The position numbers and the translations under genes were made by a program. From a virus (Duplodnaviria > Heunggongvirae > Uroviricota > Caudoviricetes): DNA of 64,000 bases. Under the pieces are notes generated by a model. It was not told the origin of the DNA. It was given only the letters and a program-made list of their open reading frames with translations, and ran no database searches. Position 1 is the stretch's first letter. Each line of letters begins with the position of its first letter. Shown here in pieces: positions 1 to 9,070 of the stretch. The stretch is from positions 60,236 to 124,235 of the IMG/VR virus record IMGVR_UViG_3300045007_000064. The stretch is one strand, 5' to 3'.

Positions 1-1201
1 GCGTGTAGTAACGCTCAGCAGGCTTGGCGCTGTGAACGATCACGAGACGTCGATAGTCGGACGACCAATCCCACGGCGTCACGTGGGAAAGCTCGCGGTG
101 AACCTTCTCGACCAGCCAGCCGGTCTTCGTGTGACCGACCCACTGCGGGGAGCACCAGGTTCCGATGGGGTTAGGAAGCTTGTTGCCCCGGAACTTAGTG
201 CCAGGAAGAAGGATGTACTTCCCCTTGTACTTAATGTCGTCGGCGGGGTAGCCGCTCCGAGCCATCCGGTCACGCTCTCGGAGTGCCGTCTTGATGTTCG
301 GGGCGTTGTTGATTGCCTCCTCGAAATCGACACGGGCGACCTGAAGAGCCTCCTGCATCCGCTTCTGAAGCGCTTCCTTCGTCGGGGTGTTGTAGATCAG
401 GTCCTCACGGCTCGGTGCGATCTTGACCGACCCGTTGTCCACCTTGATGATGTACCCCTTGAGGTTCGACCATTCGTTGAACGAGATACCGATCTTGTTG
501 TAGTGCAGGAGGTAGGAGACCTGGTTGATGACCACACGCACCATGTCACGAGGGGAGGTGGTGCCGGTGAGGTCCTTCCAACCCGAGCCGTTCTTCAGCG
601 GGCGGTAGTAGTTCTCGTCGTGCAGCGAGTACTTCGGCTGCTCGCCGTCGATGGTGATGGTACCCGGCTTCCAGCCGAGGAAGAAGTTGTCCAGGTTCCC
701 CAGACGGTCGCGAGAGGCGATGGGAATGGTGATGAGGGTCCCGGAGTCGTCGTCGGTCTCGGCTTCCGCGAGGAAGTTCATGTGCGGGCGGTTCTGCTCG
801 TCACGCGCCACGACAACCGTGTTGCGCTTGCCGTCCTTGATGGACGTGACGATGAACTGGCTCGCGACCGCCAGGCCCGACTTCGAGCCGAGACCGAAGC
901 CTCCCGTCAGCTCGTTCGTGTCGCGCTTGGTGGACTGACCAAACTGCCCAAAGCCCTTCAGCTCCTCACGGCTGAGACCCACACCGTAGTCGCGGATGCG
1001 GAGGTTGGCGGCGAGTGGGGACGGCAGTTCGACCTCGACCGGGCGGGTGACGCCCTGCTCCACATGCACGTCATAGGCGTTCGACGTGTACTCACGGAGA
1101 ACGGCCTGCTCGGGGAAGTTGTATGCCGAAATGAGTCGTTCGATCACCATGGGGATCGCATCGTGACCGATGCCCATCTCCACGGACTCGTCGTACTGCA
1201 T
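1..1201 (-). CDS. GHKL-superfamily ATPase (HATPase_c-like); 3' end cut off by the window edge
   Basis: Minus-strand reading frame with strong GC3 bias runs off position 1 (the plus ORF 32..1261 is its antisense). The translation carries the Bergerat-fold motifs E-x3-NAYD (N box), DYGVGLS (G1) and GGFGLGSKS (G2). The ATG at 1201 is preceded by AAGGA. Confidence 0.6.
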   Translation of the reverse strand, partial: MQYDESVEMGIGHDAIPMVIERLISAYNFPEQAVLREYTSNAYDVHVEQGVTRPVEVELPSPLAANLRIRDYGVGLSREELKGFGQFGQSTKRDTNELTGGFGLGSKSGLAVASQFIVTSIKDGKRNTVVVARDEQNRPHMNFLAEAETDDDSGTLITIPIASRDRLGNLDNFFLGWKPGTITIDGEQPKYSLHDENYYRPLKNGSGWKDLTGTTSPRDMVRVVINQVSYLLHYNKIGISFNEWSNLKGYIIKVDNGSVKIAPSREDLIYNTPTKEALQKRMQEALQVARVDFEEAINNAPNIKTALRERDRMARSGYPADDIKYKGKYILLPGTKFRGNKLPNPIGTWCSPQWVGHTKTGWLVEKVHRELSHVTPWDWSSDYRRLVIVHSAKPAERYYT

Positions 1202-1311
1202 GTTCGACTGGACTTCAACAGCGTTCACTTCGAGCTTCAAAACGGTTCCTTACGTGTCTAGGGGGCGCTCCCTGCGCCATATCTACAGCGTAGCAGGGTC
1301 TCACACCCGTG

Positions 1312-2373
1312 TCAAGACAGACTTCCGATACGGGCAGGCTTCATCTCGATGCTAGGCCAGACGTTACGCGCCTGCGTGCGGACATCATCGAGGTCCTGCT
1401 CCGGGCACAGGCGCAGGAGGTTGCGGATCGCGAAGCGCAGACCCCAAAGCTCCTCCTGCCGGTTGAACGTCAGCATCTCTCGCATCTGCGGTGCCCAGGA
1501 GATTGACGGTTGAGAGCCGCTGGCGCGAGCCGCGAGGGACTGACAGAAGGTGACGACTCGGCTGTCCACACCGAGGCTCAGCGCCAGGTCCCAGTCCGTG
1601 ACGACCTCCACCTGGAGCGGGAATCGCGAGGACAGCGCTCGGCTCATCTTAGCTCCGGGGACGCCTGGGTTTCCGGTACCGATAATGAAGAACCCTTCCT
1701 TGGCGGGGACGACGCCGATCTTCGGGTTCTCCGTCACGTCCAGGAACCCTCGGTCGTCCATGAGCGGGTACAGCACAGACAGAACCTTGGGGTCACCGAG
1801 GAGGATTTCGTCTAGAAGAATCGGTCGTCCTTCTCGAACGGCTACCAGCAACGGACCGTCAACCCAGACATACCCGCCCTTGCCGTCCGGGATGAAGGAG
1901 CCGACCAGTTCGCTCACCGTGGTCTCACCCGTGATGACGATAGTGACCAGCTCGTCTCCGAACGCGGCTTCCGCCATGGCGGTCTTACCGGTTCCCGGAG
2001 GACCCTGGAGTAGCGGGAACTGGCCTGCCTCTCGGGCCTCCTTGAGAAGTTCCACATCCCAGTAGTCGTCCCACTTTCGGGCGTAGTAGAGGCTGCCGTT
2101 CGGTCGCTTGTATTCCGGTCGAGTATTGTCGGGAACGGGATCGCTCTTAGCTGGGGCGGTGGTGGTCGCTTCGGGGTCGCCCGCCAGGTACTCACGGAAC
2201 TTCGGGTCACGTTCCTGCATGAGCACCGCGAGCAGAAGTTCACCGAGTTCGCGGCGGGCGGCGGCCTGAGAGGTGCCCAGGCCAGAAAAGAGACGACCGG
2301 CATTGTCGTCCTTAAACTCCTGAGCCGCAGCAACGAGGGTGTTCTGTACGAAGAACTGATGGGGCCGAGTCAC
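1312..2373 (-). CDS. AAA+ ATPase (MoxR/AAA_5-like)
   Basis: Walker A LLQGPPGTGKT and Walker B ILLDEI. Sits directly downstream of the GHKL gene on the same strand and overlaps the next gene by 4 nt. Confidence 0.7.
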   Translation of the reverse strand: MTRPHQFFVQNTLVAAAQEFKDDNAGRLFSGLGTSQAAARRELGELLLAVLMQERDPKFREYLAGDPEATTTAPAKSDPVPDNTRPEYKRPNGSLYYARKWDDYWDVELLKEAREAGQFPLLQGPPGTGKTAMAEAAFGDELVTIVITGETTVSELVGSFIPDGKGGYVWVDGPLLVAVREGRPILLDEILLGDPKVLSVLYPLMDDRGFLDVTENPKIGVVPAKEGFFIIGTGNPGVPGAKMSRALSSRFPLQVEVVTDWDLALSLGVDSRVVTFCQSLAARASGSQPSISWAPQMREMLTFNRQEELWGLRFAIRNLLRLCPEQDLDDVRTQARNVWPSIEMKPARIGSLS

Positions 2374-2822
2374 TTTGCGTCCTCCCCGGGTAGAGCCGGA
2401 AGTTCGAGAGCCTTACGCTGAATACGAATTTCAGTCAAAATGGAGGTCGGTACGCGGTTCGACTTTAGCTCCTGGATTTCAAGAATCTCCGCCACCGCTG
2501 ACTCCGACAGTAGGAAGGGGAAAGCGATGCGAAGGTCGGAAGAGGTATCCACAAGGGCCTCTCGCATGTGCGAAGACAGCCCCTCAAGCTGCTTTAGCTC
2601 TTCCCGGATAGCGGTATCGAGACTACCAAAGGGGGAGGGCGGGAAGGGATCGTAGTCAGAACGTACTGACCGGCTCCACGTCCTCTTCGGGCGCTCCGGT
2701 GTGATCGTCCGGGACCAGTAGCTAGGCCAGACGGAAGCTGTGCCGACACGGAACGCGGGACTGAAGATGTTCTGCCGAACGGCGTCCCCGGAGACGAGTT
2801 CGAAGTAAAGGGCGTAAGTCAT
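2370..2822 (-). CDS. hypothetical protein
   Basis: ORF with GC3 bias, translationally coupled to its neighbours. Confidence 0.5.
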   Translation of the reverse strand: MTYALYFELVSGDAVRQNIFSPAFRVGTASVWPSYWSRTITPERPKRTWSRSVRSDYDPFPPSPFGSLDTAIREELKQLEGLSSHMREALVDTSSDLRIAFPFLLSESAVAEILEIQELKSNRVPTSILTEIRIQRKALELPALPGEDAK

Positions 2823-2844
2823 GGTGACTCCACCTTATACAGGA

Positions 2845-3231
2845 TCAAGCCCAGTTGTCAACCTGTTCGGGGATACGGGTCAGAAGCTCCCGGGGGACGC
2901 GACCCGCAACGAGGTCACCGAAGTCCCAGCCCTCGGTGTTGACGTGGCCGCGCGCCTCGGTGATGAGGCCTTCCGGGGCCATCCACGGAGACTCGAAAAC
3001 TTCCTTCATCGCCACGTCGGCAACGAATTCGTCCAAGCCGTCAAACTTCAGACTCAAACGCATTCCCACAATGGGAATGACGCGCCACCCCTCGGTCGGG
3101 TCCAGACGGTCCCGAGCCGAGGAGAAGCGCATAAGTGCTGCGGCGCTCACATTGAACGACCAAGGCAGCACGATAAGCTGGAGACGCTTTCCGCCCCGGC
3201 GTCGATACTGGAGTACAAGCATTTCATCCAC
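2845..3231 (-). CDS. hypothetical protein
   Basis: Minus-strand ORF fits the surrounding gene order; the overlapping plus-strand ORFs look like antisense artefacts. Confidence 0.45.
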   Translation of the reverse strand: MDEMLVLQYRRRGGKRLQLIVLPWSFNVSAAALMRFSSARDRLDPTEGWRVIPIVGMRLSLKFDGLDEFVADVAMKEVFESPWMAPEGLITEARGHVNTEGWDFGDLVAGRVPRELLTRIPEQVDNWA

Positions 3232-3247
3232 GGCGGGCCTCCTCTAG

Positions 3248-3889
3248 CTACGCGATGATGTGATCTACCTTGCGGTACAGGTCTTCCAGTGTACCATCAT
3301 TGCGGATGGTTCTGTCAAAGTCGGTCTCGCGAACGCTGTTCTCGCTAGAGTGCTCGGAGTTGGCTCCGGCCTGGAGCGAGGGACGAACGACCCACCACAG
3401 CTCACCCTCTAGCTCGTCGGTGATCATGTCCAGCTCGTTCGGGTACCGGATACCGGTGATGATGACACCTGGTGCCGTTTTTGCGGCTTCCTTTGCACGA
3501 CGAACAACGATGTCGGTCCACACGGACTCGCTGATGATCTTCCGACCTACCTCAGTGCCGAGCTTCTGGAGCAGGCGGCGGACCTCCTCATTCGTCTTCG
3601 CTTCCACATAGCCGACCTCATCGAAGAGGTCCGAGTAGCGCTGGAAGTCCGCGATTTCCACAGTACGCTTCTTGCGATCCAGGAACCGGGAGAGCATGCC
3701 CTTCAGACCTGTTTCGGTCTTCGGGTCCGGAAGGTGGATCGGAACGTACGGGTCCAGGATGTAGAGCGCTTCCGCGAGGGCGTCACTCATTCCGAGCTTC
3801 ACCCATCCGTGCTTCTCCACGAGGTGGTCGGAGATTGCGTCCTTGCCGGAGGCGAGCTTGCCTCCGATGCCGATGATGTTGTTTACCAT
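3248..3889 (-). CDS. deoxynucleoside monophosphate kinase (T4 gp1-like)
   Basis: N-terminal P-loop GIGGKLASGKD, as in the phage dNMP kinase family. Confidence 0.6.
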   Translation of the reverse strand: MVNNIIGIGGKLASGKDAISDHLVEKHGWVKLGMSDALAEALYILDPYVPIHLPDPKTETGLKGMLSRFLDRKKRTVEIADFQRYSDLFDEVGYVEAKTNEEVRRLLQKLGTEVGRKIISESVWTDIVVRRAKEAAKTAPGVIITGIRYPNELDMITDELEGELWWVVRPSLQAGANSEHSSENSVRETDFDRTIRNDGTLEDLYRKVDHIIA

Positions 3890-4497
3890 GGATTGGTTCC
3901 TAGGGTTGCGAGTAGTTCCTGTCGTTCAGCCTCTTCGGCTTTGTCCTCTGCGATTTCCTCTAGAACGATCTTCCACTGATCCGAGGTCCAGTCCGTGATA
4001 CGGTAGCCAGGCTGGTCCCGGTTGTAGGGTGCGTCAACGTACACCTGAGTCCAGGTGGCGTTTTCCTTGTTCGGGATCGGGTGCTTGTCGTCAAAGAGGA
4101 CATCACCCGCAACGATGGTCTTATCACGCGCGAGAATGAGCTTCTTCGCCAGGTCGAGGCCGAAGTGCTCCTCCACCCAGGCGTACTTGTCCGAGGCTCC
4201 GGTGGGGTTGGTGATCCACGGCGCAGACAGGAAGAAGACCTCGTGGCCCATAGCCACAGCCTCGTGAACGGCGTCCACGGCTCCCTCGTACGGCTCCAGG
4301 TCTCGGTAGAAACCCTTGTGGTTCATGAGGGCGTCGATAGCCGCAACCTCTTCCGGCGTGCGATTCTGCCAGAGATTGAAGCTCGCGTGGTTTTCGAGTA
4401 CGATACTCGTCAGTAGAGGATACTGCTCGGCACGCAGCGCATCAAAGCGACGGCGGAAGTGCGCGACTGTATCGTCTAGGTCAAATAGAATTCGCAT
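3883..4497 (-). CDS. 5'(3')-deoxyribonucleotidase (HAD superfamily, NT5C-like)
   Basis: HAD motif I DLDDTV near the N-terminus; length and later motifs match NT5C nucleotidases. Confidence 0.6.
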   Translation of the reverse strand: MRILFDLDDTVAHFRRRFDALRAEQYPLLTSIVLENHASFNLWQNRTPEEVAAIDALMNHKGFYRDLEPYEGAVDAVHEAVAMGHEVFFLSAPWITNPTGASDKYAWVEEHFGLDLAKKLILARDKTIVAGDVLFDDKHPIPNKENATWTQVYVDAPYNRDQPGYRITDWTSDQWKIVLEEIAEDKAEEAERQELLATLGTNPW

Positions 4498-4537
4498 AGG
4501 GGCGAGTGTATCAGTACACCCGCCCCGTATGCAAGTC

Positions 4538-5812
4538 TTATCGCATGATGTTCAGAAGGTCCGGACGCTCAACACCGTTGATGATGAGCTTGATGTCCGA
4601 GACGATCTGCTTGTTGGGGTTACCCTGGTAGCCGCCACCCGTGCGGAGGTTGAACTTCTCTCCGGTGAAAATCGGGTCGATGATCTTCACGACAGCGCTG
4701 GTCGTGTCCGACTGGAGCATCATGTGAGCCTGTCGTCCTCCGGAGCCAAAGTCGCACTTCTCCAGGATGACCGTGCCCGCCATGCGCTCGAAGTTGGCGC
4801 AGACCTCGCCACCGATGCTGCGGAACTTGACGTTACGCATCGTGGCGTTGTTGCAGGTAAACCAGGCGATACCGTGACCGTACTTGGTGTCGTGGAGGTA
4901 GGAGTTCTCGATGAGCACGTTGTCGGAGAAGTTGACACCGATAGCCGCAGCCGCGACCGCTACACCATCACGGCGACCATCGATTTCGATGTCCCGAGCC
5001 GTGGTCTTGTGGGAGCGGAAGATGTTGATGCTGAATGTCTCGCCGGGATTGGCACTGGCGCTACCGGGGATGCCGGTTACCTTGACGCGCTCCAGCAGGG
5101 ACTCTGGAGCCTCGTAAATCTGGAGACCGTTGTAGTCGTGGCCCTGGTCGGTGCCCTGAATAGTCAGGTCAGTAACCGCTACCGCGCCGTCCGTGTTGCC
5201 TAGACGGACGTAGTAGAGGTTGTTGGTACCGGCATTCAGGTAGTTCACGGTTCCGGCAGGCGGATTGGGCGGAACCTGGCTCTTACGAGTCGAGACGCCC
5301 GGAGTCTGACGAACGATGCTACGGTCAATACCCGAACCGCGAAGACCGCGAAGACCTCGGACCAGGTAAACTCCGATACCGTATGCACCTACCGTACGGG
5401 TGTCGTACATAGTGAAGTCGCCAAACTCGGCAACCTCAGCAGGGAGAGTGATCTGAGAACCTGCCGGTGCGGCTGCATAGGTAGCGGTAAGTGTGGCCTT
5501 CTTCGTGAGGCTTTCTGCCTTGACGAATCCAGAACCTTCCGGGCGAGGGGGCGGCGCGGGGGTAGGCGTCTGAGCCTCAAGCTCCTTGATCCGAGCCTGA
5601 AGTGTATTGATCTTGTTCAGAAGCGAGGTCACCTGGTCGGTCGCTGTAGTCAGTAGGTCCGTTGCCTTGTCTAGCTCAGCGCGAGTGGTGTCTCGGTCGA
5701 TCTTTAGATCACTGATGATTCGTGTCTGATCCTCGATCACAGCCTTCAGCTCGTTGATCTTGTCGTCATACACCTTGTAGTACGCAGCGCGCGCATCTTC
5801 ATGGATTGTCAT
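4538..5812 (-). CDS. tail fibre or tailspike protein with a right-handed beta-helix domain
   Basis: N-terminal coiled coil followed by repetitive parallel-beta-helix-like sequence (NVLIENSYLHDTKYGHGIAWF). Start chosen at the internal M (MTIHED), which abuts the upstream gene. Confidence 0.55.
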   Translation of the reverse strand: MTIHEDARAAYYKVYDDKINELKAVIEDQTRIISDLKIDRDTTRAELDKATDLLTTATDQVTSLLNKINTLQARIKELEAQTPTPAPPPRPEGSGFVKAESLTKKATLTATYAAAPAGSQITLPAEVAEFGDFTMYDTRTVGAYGIGVYLVRGLRGLRGSGIDRSIVRQTPGVSTRKSQVPPNPPAGTVNYLNAGTNNLYYVRLGNTDGAVAVTDLTIQGTDQGHDYNGLQIYEAPESLLERVKVTGIPGSASANPGETFSINIFRSHKTTARDIEIDGRRDGVAVAAAAIGVNFSDNVLIENSYLHDTKYGHGIAWFTCNNATMRNVKFRSIGGEVCANFERMAGTVILEKCDFGSGGRQAHMMLQSDTTSAVVKIIDPIFTGEKFNLRTGGGYQGNPNKQIVSDIKLIINGVERPDLLNIMR

Positions 5813-5813
5813 G

Positions 5814-6038
5814 TTAGTCGTCGTCCTCCGGGACAATACCGTGCTCGTTATATAGAGACACGCCGTAGCTCTGCATGAAAAGTTCAAAGAACTCTTCGGG
5901 GGAGAGATTCATGTTCTGATTCGAGACACACCATCTATCTGCGTACTCGAAGAGAGCGCTGTCATCATCTCTGGAATACCCGTGGGTCTCCATGTTTTCG
6001 AATAGAAGACTACGCAACTGTTCCAGGGGTGTAGGCAC
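5814..6038 (-). CDS. hypothetical protein
   Basis: Small ORF lying between tail genes. Confidence 0.45.
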   Translation of the reverse strand: MPTPLEQLRSLLFENMETHGYSRDDDSALFEYADRWCVSNQNMNLSPEEFFELFMQSYGVSLYNEHGIVPEDDD

Positions 6039-8070
6039 TGCCCTTGTCCTCTCGGGTCCATAGTCGAGTGTTTCCCATAGCTACAAACTCTGCCTGGGTT
6101 GTTCCCATGTAGGCGTTCTCGATGTCGGTGCCGTAGCTCCGCTCGAAGAACGCGATGGTATCTTCAGTATAGCTGGTTGTGCCCGTCTGATGAACTCGCT
6201 TGGCCTCCCAGCGGAATCGCAGCTCCTTGCCGTTGTCCGTGATCGTCAGTAGGCTGTAAGCGCCCCATCCCTGTTCCGGCGTGTTGGTAACGGTGATCGC
6301 GCCGTTGGCGATGTCCCAGCCGGTAGAGCCATCCCCGGTCCAACTGTTGCGGTTGAACCCCGAGATATTCAGGGACGGAATGCCCTTGAAGCGGTACTGA
6401 GTTCCGGTGCGTGTACCGGAGTCCGCCTGAAGGGAATGCGAGTCTCCTCCGATAATGACCATCTTCTTCTTTAGAGCGGGTCGAGCATCGATGAAGTTCT
6501 CTAGCTCCGTAGTCTCCGAGTTGAATGAGGCCCAACGACCGTTACCGTTGTTCATGGCTGTCCACGAGCACCACCACACAACCAGAGCTACGTCTGAGGA
6601 GTCGTTCGCGGCCTGTAGAGCGTCCTTGAATGCCTGCTTCTGGGCAGCACCTAGGAATGTCCTAGGCTCCGCCACAGCGTCCGGGTCGTCCTTGTTGGTC
6701 CAGTTGTCGGTCTGGATGAACATGACGCGTCCGACCTGCCACATGCGCCCCGCAGAGTCATTCGAGAGGTAGTCGGGAACCGCACCCGAGAATGTCCGCC
6801 ACTGCGTGTTGGTCGCAGGGTCGGTGTAGCCCATGTTCAGAGGGGACGCCGATGCACCCGCATCGAGGATGATGCGGTCGTGATTGTCCCACGTCCAATG
6901 GAAAGGAATGCGGTCGAGCATGTACTGGAAGTTCGATGCCGTGAGACTAGAATTGACCGCTGTGCGCCATGCCGTGTCGGTGGTAGGGTCGGCGTAGTGG
7001 AGGTCACCCATGTGGCTGATGAATTCAGGATTCTTGTCAGCCATTGCACGGAACACGGGATTATTGGACGCCGTGAACTGACAGGAGCCACCAATAGCGA
7101 TGAAGGAGGAGGGGGTGCCTGCCGCCTTCTTGGTCTTCGCACGGACGATGTTCACGTCCGTCTGGAGAACGCCGTCAACTTCGAACTTGACCGTGTAAAC
7201 CGTATCAACTGTCAGCCCCGTGAATGCCGCGTTACCCCAAGATGTGGTCGCATTCACCGTCATAGTGGTACGCTGAAGCTCCGTGGTTCCGGCTGCGTCA
7301 TATAGCACCGCTACAACGCTGGAGCCACCAAGTCGTGCCGCGCCCACCGTGAGAGCGGTAGTACCGGCGTGAGTGACCGCGTGTCCACCGATCCGACCCG
7401 TAGACACCGGCTGGTTTGCGGTGCCAATGGCGTAGAGGAATGCGCTGGAGTTGGAGGCGTGGCTGTTGGTGAATGTTCCAGTGGTGTCGCCCACAGCTCC
7501 CGCCGTAGGCATGGGCTTCTCGGCAAGGACGATAGCGTTGGGGTTAGCGTCTCCGGATGTGTTGTGCGCTTCAAAAACGAGGCTGAATCCGTTGTTGATG
7601 GTAGGCGCATTGTCAATCGCATTGGTACGCTCCATCGCGATGTACATTGCCGTGTAATCATTTGCGGGGGTAGTAATACTCGGTGCGGTGGTAGAAAAGG
7701 CTCCACCAGATGCCGCACGGGTACCGATAGCACCGACGACAGGAGTCGCAGAGGAGTTCCATCCTGAGATGGTGATAGGAACTACTCGCCATCCGTCTGA
7801 TCCGCTACGAGTCAGAGTATAAGTCGTATCCCCGGCCTCGAATGTCTTTGTAAAGGCGGTCAGTTTACCCGTACCGGTAGCCGGAGCATTCATGATCCGG
7901 GTCCACGGCGAGGGCATTGTCCAGTTGGAGGATGCCGTGTCAGCCGCCGCAACGATGACCAGGATGAGGTCACCCACCTTCGAGGAGGCATGCGGAGTAA
8001 CGGTCAGGGTACCGGCTGAGGCCTGACCGACTGCCCCGAGAAGCGTACCGGCTGAATAAGAAAGTGCCAT
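6010..8070 (-). CDS. minor tail protein with a C-terminal PhoD-like metallophosphatase domain
   Basis: The Thr/Ala/Gly-rich N-terminal half resembles tail fibre shafts. The C-terminal half carries metallophosphatase motifs GDLHYAD and WDNHD. Confidence 0.55.
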   Translation of the reverse strand: MALSYSAGTLLGAVGQASAGTLTVTPHASSKVGDLILVIVAAADTASSNWTMPSPWTRIMNAPATGTGKLTAFTKTFEAGDTTYTLTRSGSDGWRVVPITISGWNSSATPVVGAIGTRAASGGAFSTTAPSITTPANDYTAMYIAMERTNAIDNAPTINNGFSLVFEAHNTSGDANPNAIVLAEKPMPTAGAVGDTTGTFTNSHASNSSAFLYAIGTANQPVSTGRIGGHAVTHAGTTALTVGAARLGGSSVVAVLYDAAGTTELQRTTMTVNATTSWGNAAFTGLTVDTVYTVKFEVDGVLQTDVNIVRAKTKKAAGTPSSFIAIGGSCQFTASNNPVFRAMADKNPEFISHMGDLHYADPTTDTAWRTAVNSSLTASNFQYMLDRIPFHWTWDNHDRIILDAGASASPLNMGYTDPATNTQWRTFSGAVPDYLSNDSAGRMWQVGRVMFIQTDNWTNKDDPDAVAEPRTFLGAAQKQAFKDALQAANDSSDVALVVWWCSWTAMNNGNGRWASFNSETTELENFIDARPALKKKMVIIGGDSHSLQADSGTRTGTQYRFKGIPSLNISGFNRNSWTGDGSTGWDIANGAITVTNTPEQGWGAYSLLTITDNGKELRFRWEAKRVHQTGTTSYTEDTIAFFERSYGTDIENAYMGTTQAEFVAMGNTRLWTREDKGSAYTPGTVA

Positions 8071-8399
8071 TACGGAAGTACCACGTAGTAAACGTTAGGG
8101 TCCTTGGTCGGGATTGCGTCATACTGAGCCTTTGTGCCCTTCCACAAACCAGTAACACCATTCAGGCCAGTGACCTTAGAGGTGGCAATCCCAAAGACGT
8201 TATCGAGGTCGGCAGCATTCGCCTTCTGAGCGAGCTGATTGTTGACGTTGGATTCTGTAGCCTTGGTCGCAACTACGTCTGAGAGCGCGTCAATTTCACC
8301 CTGAAGAGATACCCCTCCAGCGGCAATTTCCGAGCGGACCGCCTTGAATTCGGCAGCGATTCGCTGGACTACGAGAAGAATATTGGTCGCGAGACCCAT
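8070..8399 (-). CDS. tail fibre-like protein (short paralogue)
   Basis: Its N-terminus MGLATNILLVVQRIAAEFKAVRSEI is paralogous to the N-terminus of the adjacent tail fibre. Confidence 0.5.
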   Translation of the reverse strand: MGLATNILLVVQRIAAEFKAVRSEIAAGGVSLQGEIDALSDVVATKATESNVNNQLAQKANAADLDNVFGIATSKVTGLNGVTGLWKGTKAQYDAIPTKDPNVYYVVLP

Positions 8400-8425
8400 C
8401 GCGCCTCCTTAAAGTGGTGTTGGAT

Positions 8426-9070
8426 TTAGGCGAGGGCTGTGTTGAATGCTGTTACAAAGTCCGTGGTGGAGTCTCCGGCGACAGCCATGAGGTTAGCGGG
8501 GGTGACAGCGCGCACGGGGTCCGTACCGGCGATAGCCTCGGCGTCCGTAGCAAGCTCGACCTTACCCTGAGTGGTGGCGGAAGCCGCAGGGACGGCCCCA
8601 GCTACACGGGCGTCTACCGCCGTGGCGAAGTCCGTGATCTGAGATGCGGTGTGGGTGTGGCTCGTGCTGGCCTTTCCGGCGAGCGCATTGGTGATCGTGG
8701 TGGCGAAGTTCGGATCGTCACCGAGAGCCGCAGCCAGCTCGTTCAGCGTGTCGAGTGCGCCGGGAGCCGAGTCGGTGATCGCAGCGATAGCGGCCTGAAC
8801 CGCAGCGTCAATCTCCGCGTCCGTCTTGGACGAGGACCATACGCTGGTCGTGGTAGGCGCACCGTCAACGATGGTGGCACCACCCTCGGCGCTGGACAGG
8901 GCCTCGATAGCGGCGTCCAGCTCGTTGATAGCGGCGACCAGATTGCCCTTGGCGGTCGTGGTCAGCCCTGCGAGAGAGCCGGAGTTGTTGCCTGTGATCT
9001 GCGTGCGAAGAGTCTTGAACTCAGTCGCCACGCGAATGAAGGCGGAGGATACATTTGTAGCGAGTGACAT
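8426..9070 (-). CDS. tail fibre protein
   Basis: N-terminus MSLATNVSSAFIRVATEFKTLRTQI. Contains the segment TQGKVELATDAEAIAGTD, typical of phage tail fibre repeats, and is Ala/Thr-rich. Confidence 0.6.
   Translation of the reverse strand: MSLATNVSSAFIRVATEFKTLRTQITGNNSGSLAGLTTTAKGNLVAAINELDAAIEALSSAEGGATIVDGAPTTTSVWSSSKTDAEIDAAVQAAIAAITDSAPGALDTLNELAAALGDDPNFATTITNALAGKASTSHTHTASQITDFATAVDARVAGAVPAASATTQGKVELATDAEAIAGTDPVRAVTPANLMAVAGDSTTDFVTAFNTALA

Noticed and set aside
32-1261. 409-aa plus-strand ORF at the window start
   Set aside because: Arg/Val/Leu/Asp-rich with poor GC3 bias. It is the antisense of a well-biased minus-strand GHKL ATPase gene that runs off the window edge, which the ORF track missed because there is no stop codon inside the window.
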